A stretch of DNA of 64,000 nt. Source: Lachnospiraceae bacterium. GTDB lineage: Bacteria; Bacillota; Clostridia; Lachnospirales; Lachnospiraceae. The notes beneath the pieces are model-generated. The model was not told where the DNA came from. It did no database searches and saw only the letters and a program-made list of their open reading frames with translations. Numbering within the stretch: position 1 is the stretch's first letter; each line of letters begins with the position of its first letter. This document shows positions 38,893 to 49,882 of the stretch, piece after piece. The stretch covers positions 6,636-70,635 of the forward strand of contig JAGOLM010000002.1 of assembly GCA_017994075.1 (NCBI GenBank), given 5' to 3'. The position numbers and the translations under genes were made by a program.

Positions 38893-40608
38893 TTAATTTA
38901 AATATTTTCCTAACAATCCCCAGATCTCAGATGACTCAAATCCAACTTTCCAGAATGATACTCCTGCCAATGAATGATCTTTTACCAACTGAAGCTTATC
39001 TCCGAGAGATTCTGCATCCTCTAACCAACACTGATATAACTTACCCTGCGATTCATATTCTCCATAATTCTGGCCATATTCGGAGTTCCATTTTATCTCT
39101 GCGCCATTATCATCCAGATTTTTTCTGGCATCATCCATACCAAGAGCCTTGCTTGTTACTGTCTCACCCTCTGTACTCCACAGTCGAGTGTAAAATGGCA
39201 ATCCTAGTATCAGCTGATTAGATGGAACTTCCTTTAGCGTCTCTGAAACTCCCTTTTTAACAAATCCAATCGATGAAACCGAGCCAGCCTCTTTCGAACC
39301 ACTAAAATGTTCATCATATGCCATAACAACCACATAATCTGCATAATTTGCCTGGACTTTTCGTCCATAAAACGCTGTATACTCAGAAGGAACGTAATTA
39401 TCTACCGATAAAAACAAATCATTCTTTTCACATTTTAGCGATAACTCCCTGATAAATTCGAGATATCCGCTCTTGGCCTTACCTGAAACAGCCTCAAGGT
39501 CAACATTTATTCCATCTATATTCAAAGCTATGGCCGCAGCCACCGTCTGATTGATCAGATTATCACGCGCTGATGTGGTGTTAAGTACTGACGTAGTATC
39601 AACATCCTTATTCTCGAGGTTACTGATAAGTCCCCACACTTTAATACCCTTGGCATGACACTTATTGACATACTCCAGACTGGATCTGTTAGCAATATTA
39701 CCTTGATTATCATTTATATAAAACCATGTGGGAGAAATAACATTCACGCCACTAACTTCCTTAAGCACCGAGTCTATTGAACTATTTGAAGACGCATTAG
39801 TAACTTGATGCCAGGTCATTGAAACTTTTCCATCTATTTTCTTGTGCTTATATTCCCTTTTAGCAAGAGAAGTTTTAGTCTTTTGATCCTTAGAATCAGC
39901 TATTCTTCGATCCTGTATGCATCCTATAACACCATCATCTGTCAGAACCTCTGTCCACTTTGTATACTCCTCAAGGATTATAACTTTTTGCCCTTTTTTA
40001 ATATCAGAAAGTATCTTACTCTTTACTCCGCCATGCCTTCTTATCTGAGTATCCTTCTCTACCGTAGCTACTTTCCTATTCCATCCCGTTTTTTCAACAA
40101 CTATTCTGTTCGGGTTCTTTTCAGTCTTATATTTAAAATCAGTATAATTTTTAATCCAGTCTGCTGACAGATACGCTTTACCACCAATATCAATAACCGG
40201 GATCACATCTGACGTTTTAGCTTCCTTATCAACTGTATATAAATTTTCTCCTGCATTAGCGCTTATGACATTCTTATCAGTAGTATATCTAAGCACCTTT
40301 TCCGTACTGTCATATACATAACCATCGTCCATATTCTTTTTGACAAAATCGCAGGACAAATAGTATTTCCCGGATTCTATAACAGAATACGGGGTTCCTT
40401 GTGATTCAAAGTATTCACCATTTACAATAACTGCTGCCTCATTTTCATTTTTTATGATAAAGAAGTCAGTAAGCTTCATTCTCTCATTGGACGGAGCATA
40501 TCTTCGTACAGTGAGAAAAGCTCCTGCAAAAATGAGAATTGTAACTGCTACAGCTATTAGTACAAAATTTGTATTTTTGGGTTTATTGTTAATTTTTTTA
40601 TTTTCCAT
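38893..40608 (-). CDS. GH18 glycoside hydrolase with N-terminal TM anchor and SH3-like domain
   Basis: IDGINVDLE, VMAYDEH, LILGLPFYTR. SH3b-like EEYTKWTEVLTDDGVIGCI. Confidence 0.85.
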   Translation of the reverse strand: MENKKINNKPKNTNFVLIAVAVTILIFAGAFLTVRRYAPSNERMKLTDFFIIKNENEAAVIVNGEYFESQGTPYSVIESGKYYLSCDFVKKNMDDGYVYDSTEKVLRYTTDKNVISANAGENLYTVDKEAKTSDVIPVIDIGGKAYLSADWIKNYTDFKYKTEKNPNRIVVEKTGWNRKVATVEKDTQIRRHGGVKSKILSDIKKGQKVIILEEYTKWTEVLTDDGVIGCIQDRRIADSKDQKTKTSLAKREYKHKKIDGKVSMTWHQVTNASSNSSIDSVLKEVSGVNVISPTWFYINDNQGNIANRSSLEYVNKCHAKGIKVWGLISNLENKDVDTTSVLNTTSARDNLINQTVAAAIALNIDGINVDLEAVSGKAKSGYLEFIRELSLKCEKNDLFLSVDNYVPSEYTAFYGRKVQANYADYVVVMAYDEHFSGSKEAGSVSSIGFVKKGVSETLKEVPSNQLILGLPFYTRLWSTEGETVTSKALGMDDARKNLDDNGAEIKWNSEYGQNYGEYESQGKLYQCWLEDAESLGDKLQLVKDHSLAGVSFWKVGFESSEIWGLLGKYLN

Positions 40609-40633
40609 AATACCTCCGAATATAATCCGAATT

Positions 40634-40642
40634 ATTATAACA
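40634..40642 (-). promoter_or_regulatory. Extended -10 element upstream of the GH18 gene
   Basis: TG-T-TATAAT, about 25 nt before the GGAGG RBS and start. Confidence 0.5.
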
Positions 40643-40749
40643 TACTATAAATGAATATCGTAACAAATCCACATTGTTCCCTTTATAATGGCAAGTTATC
40701 AATAAATTATATTTTTCTACACTTACTGTTGTTTCTATATATAAAATAT

Positions 40750-40886
40750 CCTGTAGCCTGTTTTCTCCATCAGACTACAGGGTATTTATCAACCTATAGA
40801 TCTTTTACAGACAAAAAATCATCCCTGCAAAAGCTACAATTTTTAATTTAGATCTACAGGCTCTTTTTGTAAACCCCTCACCTCCT
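40750..40886 (-). other. Structured intergenic element (two hairpins) preceded by an orphan perfect Shine-Dalgarno; sRNA or gene relic
   Basis: Hairpins 40750-40781 and 40793-40860 pair with G-U wobbles on the minus strand. AGGAGGTGA at 40886-40878 has no canonical start codon after it. Confidence 0.45.
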
Positions 40887-41226
40887 ATTTGTATACCCGG
40901 CATATCTTTGTTGTTCCCCATAAATTCTATTACTAATACTGTCAATGTTTCACCGGATTTTATTCTTGTTCGTCGTTTAAATCGCTTTGTGGTATATTTA
41001 GACTAATCAAGTGTAAAACTTATAACACACAGCTTTACATGATTTCAATAAAATTTAAATAAGTTAATATATTGTTTCTTTTTAATTGGTCTAGCTATTT
41101 TTTATCCTGCTTTTTCACTTATTATTAAGTTGCATTTTTATATATCTTTAATAATTATTGTCTTTACACATTTTCTATTATTGATTTATAATGATCTTTT
41201 AATATTTTGAAAATTGAGGTTATGTT

Positions 41227-41949
41227 ATGAAAATAGAAAAAATTAGTGATTCAAAAATGCACTTTGTATTAACAGATGAAGATTTGAAAAATCGTAATCT
41301 TACGCTTTCCGATCTTTCCTATGGGTCAATTCCATCAAAAAAACTTATAAGCGAGCTTCTGTCGATTTCTAGCAATAGATATGATTTCAAGCAGGAAGAC
41401 GATACCCTTACAATAGACGCTATTCCAATGGCAGACGGATCTCTTGATATTACTTTTACAAAAGATCCCTTTTCAGATGCTATTGATACCAGATACTCTA
41501 CATTTTCACGAACTGAGGTGTCTGTCCCTTCCGGATTTTCTGATGATGAACCACACGTTACATCTAATGCCCGTGAGGTTTTGGACATGTATCGGAGTCT
41601 AAGAGACAAGAAAAAAATACATACTGGCAAAGAGTCTTTTTCAGATTTTTCAAGTATATCAAAAACATTTCGCTTTAAGTCTCTTGATGATTGTATAAGT
41701 CTTGCTGGAGTTTTATCAACAAATTTTCATGGTGACAGTTCCCTCTGTAAGCTTATCGATTATCCAACATTATATCTTGTCCTTCGTCCAGGCAAGATCA
41801 AGCCTGCTGAATTTAACAATATCTGCAATATTGTATCAGATTATGGGACTGCCATTTTATCCGAGAAATCCTTTCTTGCATCCCTTCGAGAACATGGCGA
41901 AGTACTTATTTCTAAGACTGCATTGGATACACTTTTGAAGTTGCAATGA
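41227..41949 (+). CDS. mecA: ClpC adaptor MecA
   Basis: MKIEKISD...LTDEDLKNRNL N-domain. F.F.SLDD and LREHGEVLISKTAL C-domain. Confidence 0.85.
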   Translation: MKIEKISDSKMHFVLTDEDLKNRNLTLSDLSYGSIPSKKLISELLSISSNRYDFKQEDDTLTIDAIPMADGSLDITFTKDPFSDAIDTRYSTFSRTEVSVPSGFSDDEPHVTSNAREVLDMYRSLRDKKKIHTGKESFSDFSSISKTFRFKSLDDCISLAGVLSTNFHGDSSLCKLIDYPTLYLVLRPGKIKPAEFNNICNIVSDYGTAILSEKSFLASLREHGEVLISKTALDTLLKLQ

Positions 41950-42008
41950 TCAAACATGCCCAATCTTTTATGCAGAAAAGACTTGTTTTTTGTCTTTATG
42001 TACGATAA

Positions 42009-42227
<219 letters not shown>

Positions 42228-42239
42228 TTTATCAACGCA

Positions 42240-42273
42240 AAAAATCTCCGACAGAATACTGTCGGAGATTTTT
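42240..42273. terminator. Bidirectional terminator between fdx and dnaB
   Basis: AAAAATCTCCGACAG-AATA-CTGTCGGAGATTTTT. Confidence 0.88.
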
Positions 42274-42285
42274 ATTTTTATATTT

Positions 42286-43638
42286 CTAATCAAACCTTTT
42301 CTCATGTTGCCTGTTTCCAAACTTCGTTCTCTCTGGCAACCAAGCGAGATCTACTGTTCCAATAGGACCATTACGTTGTTTCGCTATAATTACTTCTGCA
42401 ATGCCTTTCTTTTCACTATCCTTATTATAATAATCATCTCTATATATAAACATTACAACATCGGCATCCTGTTCTATTGCTCCCGAATCTCGAAGATCGG
42501 ACATCATAGGACGCTTATTTTCTCTTTTTTCCACCTCTCGGCTAAGCTGTGAAAGAGCCACCACCGGAACCTTTAACTCTCTTGCTAAAGCTTTCAACGA
42601 TCTTGATATTTCAGCAATTTCCAACTGTCTAGACTCCGAGCGACCTGATCCGGACATCAACTGCAGGTAATCGATCATGATCATTGACATATCCTCATGT
42701 TCCAGCTTAAACTTACGACATTTACTTCGAAGTTCTCCAATGCTGATAGAAGGAGTATCATCTATTAGGAGCTTTGATTTTCCGATTACAGAAGCAGCTT
42801 CCATAAGCTGTATCCATTCATCGTCCTTTAATGTTCCTGTTCTAAGCTTCTCCGCTTCTATTCCAGACTCTAGAGAGAACATTCTGTTGATCAGCTGCTC
42901 CTTTGACATTTCCAAAGAAAAAATTACCATACTTCTATTTTCTTTAAATGCTACATTTTCCGCAATGTTAAGTGCAAGCGCTGTTTTTCCCATTGAAGGA
43001 CGCGCTGCAAGAAGTATCAGATCTGATGGCTGGAGTCCTGCTGTCTTGGTATCTAGATCTATAAATCCTGTGGGAACTCCTGTAATGGGCCCACTATTCA
43101 TAGATGCCTTTCTAATGGCATCAAGTGCATTTCCAACTACATCCTTGATCGGCACAAAATCCTTTGCACCTTTTTTTTGAACAAGACCAAAAATATCGTG
43201 TTCTGTTTTTTCTAGGATGTTTTCTGTAGATTGTTTTCCCTCAAAGCATTCATTTTCAATATCCTGATTAACATGAATAATCTGTCTAAGAAGGGCTTTC
43301 TCCTTAACTATCGTCGCATATTCTTCTGTGTTAATACTTAATGGCACAGAGTCTATAAGTGCATTAATAAATTGCACCGTTGTATTCTCTGGTGCGATCT
43401 TCTTCTCCTGAAGTTTATCACTTAAAACAATAGGATCTACAGGTTTTCCTGCATTAAATAATTCTACTATTGCTTCAAAATATGCTCCATATATCTGATT
43501 ATAAAAGTCATCTTTAATAAGAATCGCTTCACATACAGGAATGGTGCCTCCGTCAATAAGCATCGCTCCTATAACAGACTGTTCAGCCTGAGGAGAATTC
43601 GGCATTATTCGAACGGGCATCAACATACTATCGTCCAT
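42286..43638 (-). CDS. dnaB: Replicative DNA helicase
   Basis: AARPSMGKT, FSLEMS, IDYLQLM, LSQLSR, DLRDSGAIEQDAD, AKQRNGP. Confidence 0.97.
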   Translation of the reverse strand: MDDSMLMPVRIMPNSPQAEQSVIGAMLIDGGTIPVCEAILIKDDFYNQIYGAYFEAIVELFNAGKPVDPIVLSDKLQEKKIAPENTTVQFINALIDSVPLSINTEEYATIVKEKALLRQIIHVNQDIENECFEGKQSTENILEKTEHDIFGLVQKKGAKDFVPIKDVVGNALDAIRKASMNSGPITGVPTGFIDLDTKTAGLQPSDLILLAARPSMGKTALALNIAENVAFKENRSMVIFSLEMSKEQLINRMFSLESGIEAEKLRTGTLKDDEWIQLMEAASVIGKSKLLIDDTPSISIGELRSKCRKFKLEHEDMSMIMIDYLQLMSGSGRSESRQLEIAEISRSLKALARELKVPVVALSQLSREVEKRENKRPMMSDLRDSGAIEQDADVVMFIYRDDYYNKDSEKKGIAEVIIAKQRNGPIGTVDLAWLPERTKFGNRQHEKRFD

Positions 43639-43649
43639 TTTTATAACCT

Positions 43650-44096
43650 CTAAGCTTCTCTTACTTCAATCTTCAGTTCTCCGATCACTTCCGGATGAAG
43701 CTTAACTTTGACAGTATATTCTCCAATTGCTTTTATCGGCTCGTCCATCAATAATTTCTTTTTATCCAGCGTAAAATCATACTGCTCTTTTACCGCATCT
43801 GCGATCTGCTTTGTTGAAACAGATCCGAAACTTCTTCCGCCTTCACCTGTTTTTATTACAAGTTCTATTTTCCAACTTTTCATGGTTTCGGCTTCAGCTT
43901 TTGCCGCATCTAATTTTTCCAATGCCAGTTTGTCGTCATGTTTTTTTCTCTGTTCCATCTCACTGATATTTGCATTGGTAGCTTCTCTGGCCAGTCCTTT
44001 TTTTAGCAAAGCATTTCTTGCATAACCATCACTGACATTAACTACTTCACCTTTTTTACCTACTTTATTAACATTCTGTAAAAGTATTACGTTCAT
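43650..44096 (-). CDS. rplI: 50S ribosomal protein L9
   Basis: [35 protein letters not shown]. Confidence 0.97.
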   Translation of the reverse strand: MNVILLQNVNKVGKKGEVVNVSDGYARNALLKKGLAREATNANISEMEQRKKHDDKLALEKLDAAKAEAETMKSWKIELVIKTGEGGRSFGSVSTKQIADAVKEQYDFTLDKKKLLMDEPIKAIGEYTVKVKLHPEVIGELKIEVREA

Positions 44097-46138
44097 TCTA
44101 CAATGTCTCCTTCATCTATCATGGTATCAAGTATCTGTTCCAACATTCGTTTGGCCGAATCTATTGTAGCGTCTTTAATCTGTGCACCTGCCACATTTAG
44201 ATGACCTCCGCCACCAATTTTTTCCATTATCATCTGAACATCTATTTCATCAATCGATCTAGCACTTATATAAACTTTATCCTGAAAATTTGTCAGAACA
44301 AATGATGCCTTGATCCCAACAATGTCCAATAGTTCATTTGCTGCCTGCGCACATATTATAGTCGGGCTGTCAACGCCATCAGATGGAAATGATGAAATCG
44401 CAAACATTCCTCTATATACTTCTGCTTCACGAACAACACCTGCACGAGCCTTATATGAATCCATATCCTCTCTGAGAAGCATTCTTACTCTAGTCATGCT
44501 GGCACCGGAACGCCTTAGATACGCTGCTGCCTCAAAGGTTCTGACTCCTGTTTTTGTCATAAAATTATTTGTATCTATTAGCATTCCTGCATAAATACAA
44601 TCAGCTTCCTGGGGAAACAATCTTACCTGATCAGAAAAATACTGAAGCATTTCAGCTATCATTTCACATGCACTTGATGCATATGGTTCTATATAACTAA
44701 TGGTTGGATTTTCTATTTGACCATCTCCTTGCCTATGATGATCAAATACAACTATACTGCTACATTTCTTCAAAAGTTCCGGACATTCCGTATAGTTGGC
44801 CTTATTTGTGTCCACTACTACGAGAAGCGTATTACTATTAACAGCCTTAAGTGCACCTTCACTATTTACTATCATATCTTCTGCAGATTCTTCCATATCG
44901 GTTATATTATCCACTAATGGTCTAAGAGAAGATGTTATAGTATTAAGAACTATCTGCGTCTTTTTTCCTAAAACTCTTGCAGCTGCATATACACCTATTC
45001 CAGCACCTAATGCATCTATATCACTGATGGTGTGCCCCATAACTATTACATTATCATGAGTTTCCATCATTTCATGAAGTGCCTGGGCCTTGACTCTCGC
45101 CTTGACTCTTGTCGTTCTTTCTATCTCTTTTCCATGGGTTCCATAATATGATACTTTTCCTGAATCTTTAACAACTGCTTGTGAACCACCACGACCTAGT
45201 GCAATATTTATTGCCGCATTGGCAAATTCAACAGACTCAAGATATGACTTGCCGCCTGACCCTACACCAATACTAAGCGTAACTTCTACATCATTTCCTA
45301 CTTTAATTGCCTTTACTTCTTCTAGAATACTGAACTTGGCCTCTGTTAGTTTTTCAAGGTATCTATGTTCAAAAATTACAAAGTACCTATCTTTTTCTAT
45401 CTTCTCAACTATTCCACCGACATTCTGAAAATATTGCGTTATTTTTCGATCGATAACAGCTGCAAGAAGAGATCTTTTTACAATCTCAATGTGTTCTACT
45501 GTTTCTTCATAATTATCAATATAAACAACCGCCGGTACCATCTTTATATTCTGGTTCTCTTTTTTTAATGCCGTAAGTTCTGTAATATCAAAGAGCATCA
45601 GAGATACCAGTGCATTGTTTTTCTTATCAACTGTAATCAGCTGATTACCAGATTCCGTCGGGATTTCTATTTTTTGAAGTTCTGCCTGATAGAGATTGTC
45701 TTTAAAGTTTATCTTTAGTACTATACTTTCATCCTCAGCGGAAAAGTTCAATTTGTCTGCTTCAGGAAACAGCTTTGATATGTGTCCGTGAAAATTGGCA
45801 TCCTGTTCAGAAAGCTCTTTGAATTTCTCATTTTGCCATACAATATTTCCTGATAGATCCAAAATCGCATAGGGTATATGAAACTTATTCAGTATTTCTT
45901 TTTGAATCGTTCCGTATCTCGTGCCAAAATTAATAAGCTCTATAGCTAGTTTCTTCCGAAAAATGCTGTAGAACACACCAAGACATAACGAATAGATTAT
46001 AATAATAGTTGAAAATACCGCACCAGCCTTTATATCATAAAAGTATAGGCCTGCATCTATAGCTACCAATACAAAAACCAGGTATAACGGAGCAAAAAAA
46101 TACTGCTTTAATTTTCCTGTATACTTAAGTGAGTCCAT
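44093..46138 (-). CDS. gdpP: c-di-AMP phosphodiesterase GdpP
   Basis: Two N-terminal TMs, PAS, degenerate GGDEF, DHH ([13 protein letters not shown]), DHHA1 (GGGGH). Upstream of rplI-dnaB. Confidence 0.92.
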   Translation of the reverse strand: MDSLKYTGKLKQYFFAPLYLVFVLVAIDAGLYFYDIKAGAVFSTIIIIYSLCLGVFYSIFRKKLAIELINFGTRYGTIQKEILNKFHIPYAILDLSGNIVWQNEKFKELSEQDANFHGHISKLFPEADKLNFSAEDESIVLKINFKDNLYQAELQKIEIPTESGNQLITVDKKNNALVSLMLFDITELTALKKENQNIKMVPAVVYIDNYEETVEHIEIVKRSLLAAVIDRKITQYFQNVGGIVEKIEKDRYFVIFEHRYLEKLTEAKFSILEEVKAIKVGNDVEVTLSIGVGSGGKSYLESVEFANAAINIALGRGGSQAVVKDSGKVSYYGTHGKEIERTTRVKARVKAQALHEMMETHDNVIVMGHTISDIDALGAGIGVYAAARVLGKKTQIVLNTITSSLRPLVDNITDMEESAEDMIVNSEGALKAVNSNTLLVVVDTNKANYTECPELLKKCSSIVVFDHHRQGDGQIENPTISYIEPYASSACEMIAEMLQYFSDQVRLFPQEADCIYAGMLIDTNNFMTKTGVRTFEAAAYLRRSGASMTRVRMLLREDMDSYKARAGVVREAEVYRGMFAISSFPSDGVDSPTIICAQAANELLDIVGIKASFVLTNFQDKVYISARSIDEIDVQMIMEKIGGGGHLNVAGAQIKDATIDSAKRMLEQILDTMIDEGDIVE

Positions 46139-46218
46139 ATTTCTCCTTTTGTCTAAACCTTCGCTACATTATATCACATACGCTATTTCTAGCAAATTCG
46201 ATTTATACCCTTATCTAT

Positions 46219-46276
46219 ATCTTTATGCATACTTATTAATACCTTAATCTGCATCTTTATGCATATTTATTAATAC
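46219..46276. repeat. 24-bp direct repeat (23/24 identical), 34-bp period
   Basis: ATCTTTATGCATACTTATTAATAC (46219-46242) and ATCTTTATGCATATTTATTAATAC (46253-46276). Confidence 0.88.
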
Positions 46277-46332
46277 TGATTTTTTTATTGATTTGGCATT
46301 TTGCCGAATAAGGCTTATTTTTTTCGGCTTTT

Positions 46333-46361
46333 TTGACATTGTGGATTTTACCCGATATAAA
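46333..46361 (+). promoter_or_regulatory. Sigma-A promoter of msmX
   Basis: TTGACA-17 nt-TATAAA. Confidence 0.75.
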
Positions 46362-46408
46362 TAAAATAATCTACATAAGATAATTACTTTTAGAAGGGAA
46401 GTACTAAT

Positions 46409-47527
46409 ATGTCAAGCATTACTCTTGAACACATTGACAAGGTTTATCCCAATGGCGTAAAGGCCGTTAGTGATTTCAACCTTGATGTAAAAGATCAGGA
46501 ATTTATTATTTTTGTTGGTCCTTCAGGATGCGGTAAATCTACAACACTTCGTATGATCGCAGGTCTTGAGGATATTTCAGCTGGAACTCTTAAAATCGAC
46601 GGACAGGTCATGAACAATGTTGAACCTAAGGATAGAGATATCGCAATGGTTTTCCAGAACTATGCCCTTTATCCTCATATGACAGTATTTGACAACATGG
46701 CTTTTGGTCTTAAGCTTCGTAAGATTCCCAAGGACGAGATCAGCAAAAAAGTTCATGAAGCTGCAGAGATTCTTGGACTTGAGCCTTATCTCGATCGTAA
46801 GCCTAAGGCTCTTTCAGGTGGACAGAGACAGAGAGTTGCCATGGGTCGTGCAATTGTTCGTAATCCTAAGGTATTCCTTATGGATGAACCTCTTTCAAAC
46901 CTTGATGCCAAGCTTCGTGTACAGATGCGTATTGAGATTTCAAAGCTTCATGACAAACTTGGTGCAACTATGATCTATGTAACACATGATCAGACCGAGG
47001 CTATGACTCTTGGAACAAGAATCGTAGTTATGAAGGATGGTGTTGTTCAGCAGATAGACACTCCTCAGAACCTTTACAATAAACCTTGCAATCTTTTCGT
47101 TGCCGGATTCATTGGTTCACCTCAGATGAACTTCGTTGATGCCAAGATATCAAAATCAGGCAATGAAGTTGTTGCTACTCTTGGTGAAACAAATGTTATC
47201 GTACCTGCTGATAGGGCTAAGGTTCTTGAAGAAAAGGGATATTTAGATAAAACTGTTATCATGGGCATCCGTCCTGAGCATATACATGATTCTAAGCTTG
47301 CAACTGTTGAAGGTCTTGATACAAGAAATCAGATATCATCTCAGATTCGTGTCTATGAGCTTCTCGGTGCAGAAGTATTTCTGTATTTCGATTATGCTGG
47401 AACTCAGATGACAGCACGTGTTGATCCTAGAACTCAGGCTAAGACCGGTGATAACTTCACTTTCTCACTTGATATGAGTCAGTCTCATTTCTTTGACAAA
47501 GATTCAGAAATGACAATCACCAACTAA
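46409..47527 (+). CDS. msmX: Shared CUT1 sugar ABC transporter ATPase (MsmX/UgpC)
   Basis: [33 protein letters not shown]-terminal TOBE domain. Confidence 0.93.
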   Translation: MSSITLEHIDKVYPNGVKAVSDFNLDVKDQEFIIFVGPSGCGKSTTLRMIAGLEDISAGTLKIDGQVMNNVEPKDRDIAMVFQNYALYPHMTVFDNMAFGLKLRKIPKDEISKKVHEAAEILGLEPYLDRKPKALSGGQRQRVAMGRAIVRNPKVFLMDEPLSNLDAKLRVQMRIEISKLHDKLGATMIYVTHDQTEAMTLGTRIVVMKDGVVQQIDTPQNLYNKPCNLFVAGFIGSPQMNFVDAKISKSGNEVVATLGETNVIVPADRAKVLEEKGYLDKTVIMGIRPEHIHDSKLATVEGLDTRNQISSQIRVYELLGAEVFLYFDYAGTQMTARVDPRTQAKTGDNFTFSLDMSQSHFFDKDSEMTITN

Positions 47528-47550
47528 ATTTGACCAATTTCACCTTTTTT

Positions 47551-47581
47551 AGACCGCTGCCTCTGGTAGCGGTCTTTTTTC
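47551..47581 (+). terminator. Intrinsic terminator of msmX
   Basis: AGACCGCTGCC-TCT-GGTAGCGGTCT followed by a T-run. Confidence 0.85.
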
Positions 47582-47595
47582 TATGTCAATGCATC

Positions 47596-47634
47596 AAAAA
47601 AGGAGAATTCAAAATTCTCGAATTCTCCTTTTTT
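47596..47634 (-). terminator. Intrinsic terminator of thrS
   Basis: AAAAAGGAGAATTC/GAATTCTCCTTTTT stem. Confidence 0.8.
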
Positions 47635-47717
47635 ATAAATAACCTTTTATATAGTAAAATTGCTTTTTCTGATTATTATAATTTTAATTAAAATCTTACC
47701 AAGGCCTAGATTCTTAT

Positions 47718-49526
47718 TTATTCTGCAGAATCAACCAATTCCAGTGAATGCTCTTCGTTCATTCCATTGCAGATCTCGATAAACTTATCTAGTGGAACAT
47801 CCTTCATCTGCTTATTTCCTCGAATATTGATTGAAACCGTATGATTCTCAGCTTCATTATTTCCGAGTACCAATACATACGGGTCACGGTATCCACGATA
47901 TGTCTTGATCTTTTCCTTCATATTTTTATCCGTATAATCTACTTCAAAACGAATATGATTCTTCCTGCAAAGTTCTGCAACCTCTGCTGCATATTCATTA
48001 TTTTCTACACGAATAGGAACAATTCCTACCTGAACCGGGCTGAGCCAGAACGGGAATGAACCTTTGAAGTTCTCAATCAAAATTCCGATAAATCTCTCTA
48101 TTGAACCAAAAATAGCTCTATGAACCATTACCGGGCGCTTCATCGATCCATCCGCAGCAACATATTTCATATCAAAATTAAGCGGAAGCTGATAATCAAG
48201 CTGAATCGTTCCCATCTGCCATTCACGACCGATACAATCCTTCATCTTGAGATCGATCTTGGGGCCATAGAATGCACCATCACCTTCATTGATCTCATAA
48301 TTTCCTTCACCATATTTTTTATCAAGTATACTCTTTAATGAAGCCTCTGCCACATTCCAATCGTTGATATCTCCCATATAATCGTCAGGGCGTGTTGATA
48401 ACTCAGCAATATATGTAAGACCAAATGTTCCATATATCTCTCCGGCAATTTCCATTATATCGCCGATTTCTTCCTCTATCTGCTCCTGCATAATAAGGTT
48501 ATGTGAATCATCCTGACGGAATTCCTGGACTCTTAGCAGTCCATTCAGTTCACCTGACTTTTCTCTTCTATGGATAACATCTAATGTATTAATTCTAATA
48601 GGAAGATCCTTATAGCTCCTTTGTTTGCTCTGATAAACCTTAACTGCATTAGGACAGTTCATGGGCTTGACTGCATACATATGCTCATCATTCATATGAA
48701 CCTCGGATACCTCTGAATCAGCACTGAATTCCTTGGCTGTAGGAACCAGAAACATATTTTCCTTATAATGTCCCCAATGTCCAGAAGTCTCCCATATCTG
48801 CTTATTATTAATCACTGGAGCTGAGATCTCTTGATAACCATGCATCTCATGTATAGATCTCCAATAATCAATCAGAGCGTTGTACATCTTCCAGCCCCTT
48901 GGCAGCCAATAAGGCATTCCAGGTGCTGAAGGATCAAACATAAATAGTTCCATTTCCGGTCCTATTTTCTTATGATCACGTTCCATAGCCTCTTTTACAA
49001 GATTAAGATGTTCTTTAAGCGCTTTTTTATCAGGAAAAGCATATAAATATATTCTCTGAAGCTGCTCTCTGTTCTCATCACCTCTCCAATATGAACCTGA
49101 TACAGACTTGATCTGAAATGCAGCGTTCATCAGAAGCTGAGAATTGTCGATATGAGGTCCTCTGCAGAGATCTACATAATCATCTCCAGTATAGTAAATC
49201 GTAATAAGCTCATCTTCCGTAAGGTCATTGATAAGTTCTGTTTTGAACTTCTGACTCTTAAAAATTGAAAGTGCTTCTTCACGGCTTACTTCTTTTCTGA
49301 CCCAGTCCTCACGACGCTTAATGATTTCGTGCATCTTGTCTTCAATTGCTTTGAAATCATCATTTGTTACTGTTCTCGGAAGCATGAAATCATAATAGAA
49401 ACCATCAGCAATCTGAGGTCCTATCGCATACTGCACATTTTCTTTACCGAAGATCTCTATCACAGCCTTTGCTAGGATGTGGGATAGAGAGTGACGGTAT
49501 ACTTCCAAAAATTCTTCTCTTTCCAT
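47718..49526 (-). CDS. thrS: Threonyl-tRNA synthetase (short N-terminus)
   Basis: RHSLSH and DLCRGPH editing domain. KPMNCP, QDDSH, GAFYGPKID, HRAIFGSIERF. Confidence 0.96.
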   Translation of the reverse strand: MEREEFLEVYRHSLSHILAKAVIEIFGKENVQYAIGPQIADGFYYDFMLPRTVTNDDFKAIEDKMHEIIKRREDWVRKEVSREEALSIFKSQKFKTELINDLTEDELITIYYTGDDYVDLCRGPHIDNSQLLMNAAFQIKSVSGSYWRGDENREQLQRIYLYAFPDKKALKEHLNLVKEAMERDHKKIGPEMELFMFDPSAPGMPYWLPRGWKMYNALIDYWRSIHEMHGYQEISAPVINNKQIWETSGHWGHYKENMFLVPTAKEFSADSEVSEVHMNDEHMYAVKPMNCPNAVKVYQSKQRSYKDLPIRINTLDVIHRREKSGELNGLLRVQEFRQDDSHNLIMQEQIEEEIGDIMEIAGEIYGTFGLTYIAELSTRPDDYMGDINDWNVAEASLKSILDKKYGEGNYEINEGDGAFYGPKIDLKMKDCIGREWQMGTIQLDYQLPLNFDMKYVAADGSMKRPVMVHRAIFGSIERFIGILIENFKGSFPFWLSPVQVGIVPIRVENNEYAAEVAELCRKNHIRFEVDYTDKNMKEKIKTYRGYRDPYVLVLGNNEAENHTVSINIRGNKQMKDVPLDKFIEICNGMNEEHSLELVDSAE

Positions 49527-49604
49527 GGTTGGACTCCTTTCGGTAAGGGACTTTATTTATTCACGTAGATAACATTAGGCATGTCCATAACGTTATTTTT
49601 GAAT

Positions 49605-49847
49605 AAAAAAATCCCTTACAATACAATAATGTAATGTAAGGGACGCAAAATCATATTTACGCGGTTCCACCCTGCTTGCCATACAAATGGCCACTCAATT
49701 TTGATTATAACGGAATCACCGTGCCTGATTAGGGCCTCTCGGAGGTGGTCTTCAATCAGATAGTGAACGACTCACTCACAGCAATGTGAATCTCTCTCTT
49801 GATCCTTGTCCAATTTACTCTTCTCTTCAACGATTTAATATTCGATT
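49605..49847 (-). promoter_or_regulatory. T-box riboswitch, Thr (ACC) specifier
   Basis: AGAGAAGAGTA, AGAGAG and GCTG stem-I motifs. Specifier GAAG-ACC at 49749-49747. T-box AGCAGGGTGGAACCGCG at 49676-49660. Terminator TCCCTTACA/TGTAAGGGA plus U-run. Confidence 0.93.
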
Positions 49848-49853
49848 AGTGTG

Positions 49854-49882
49854 ATTATATATCCGATTTTTCATTTTGTAAA
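49854..49882 (-). promoter_or_regulatory. Sigma-A promoter of the thrS leader, embedded in the 3' end of the PucR gene
   Basis: TTTACA-17 nt-TATAAT. Confidence 0.7.

Noticed and set aside
40750-40890. 6S RNA or c-di-AMP (ydaO) riboswitch
   Set aside because: No single ~190-nt rod with a central bubble and no GCTGAA...TCAGC pattern. Kept only as an unclassified structured element.
46293-46308. Sigma-54 promoter (TTGGCA...TTGC-like) upstream of msmX
   Set aside because: GG-to-GC spacing is not the required 10 nt, and a good sigma-A promoter is present.
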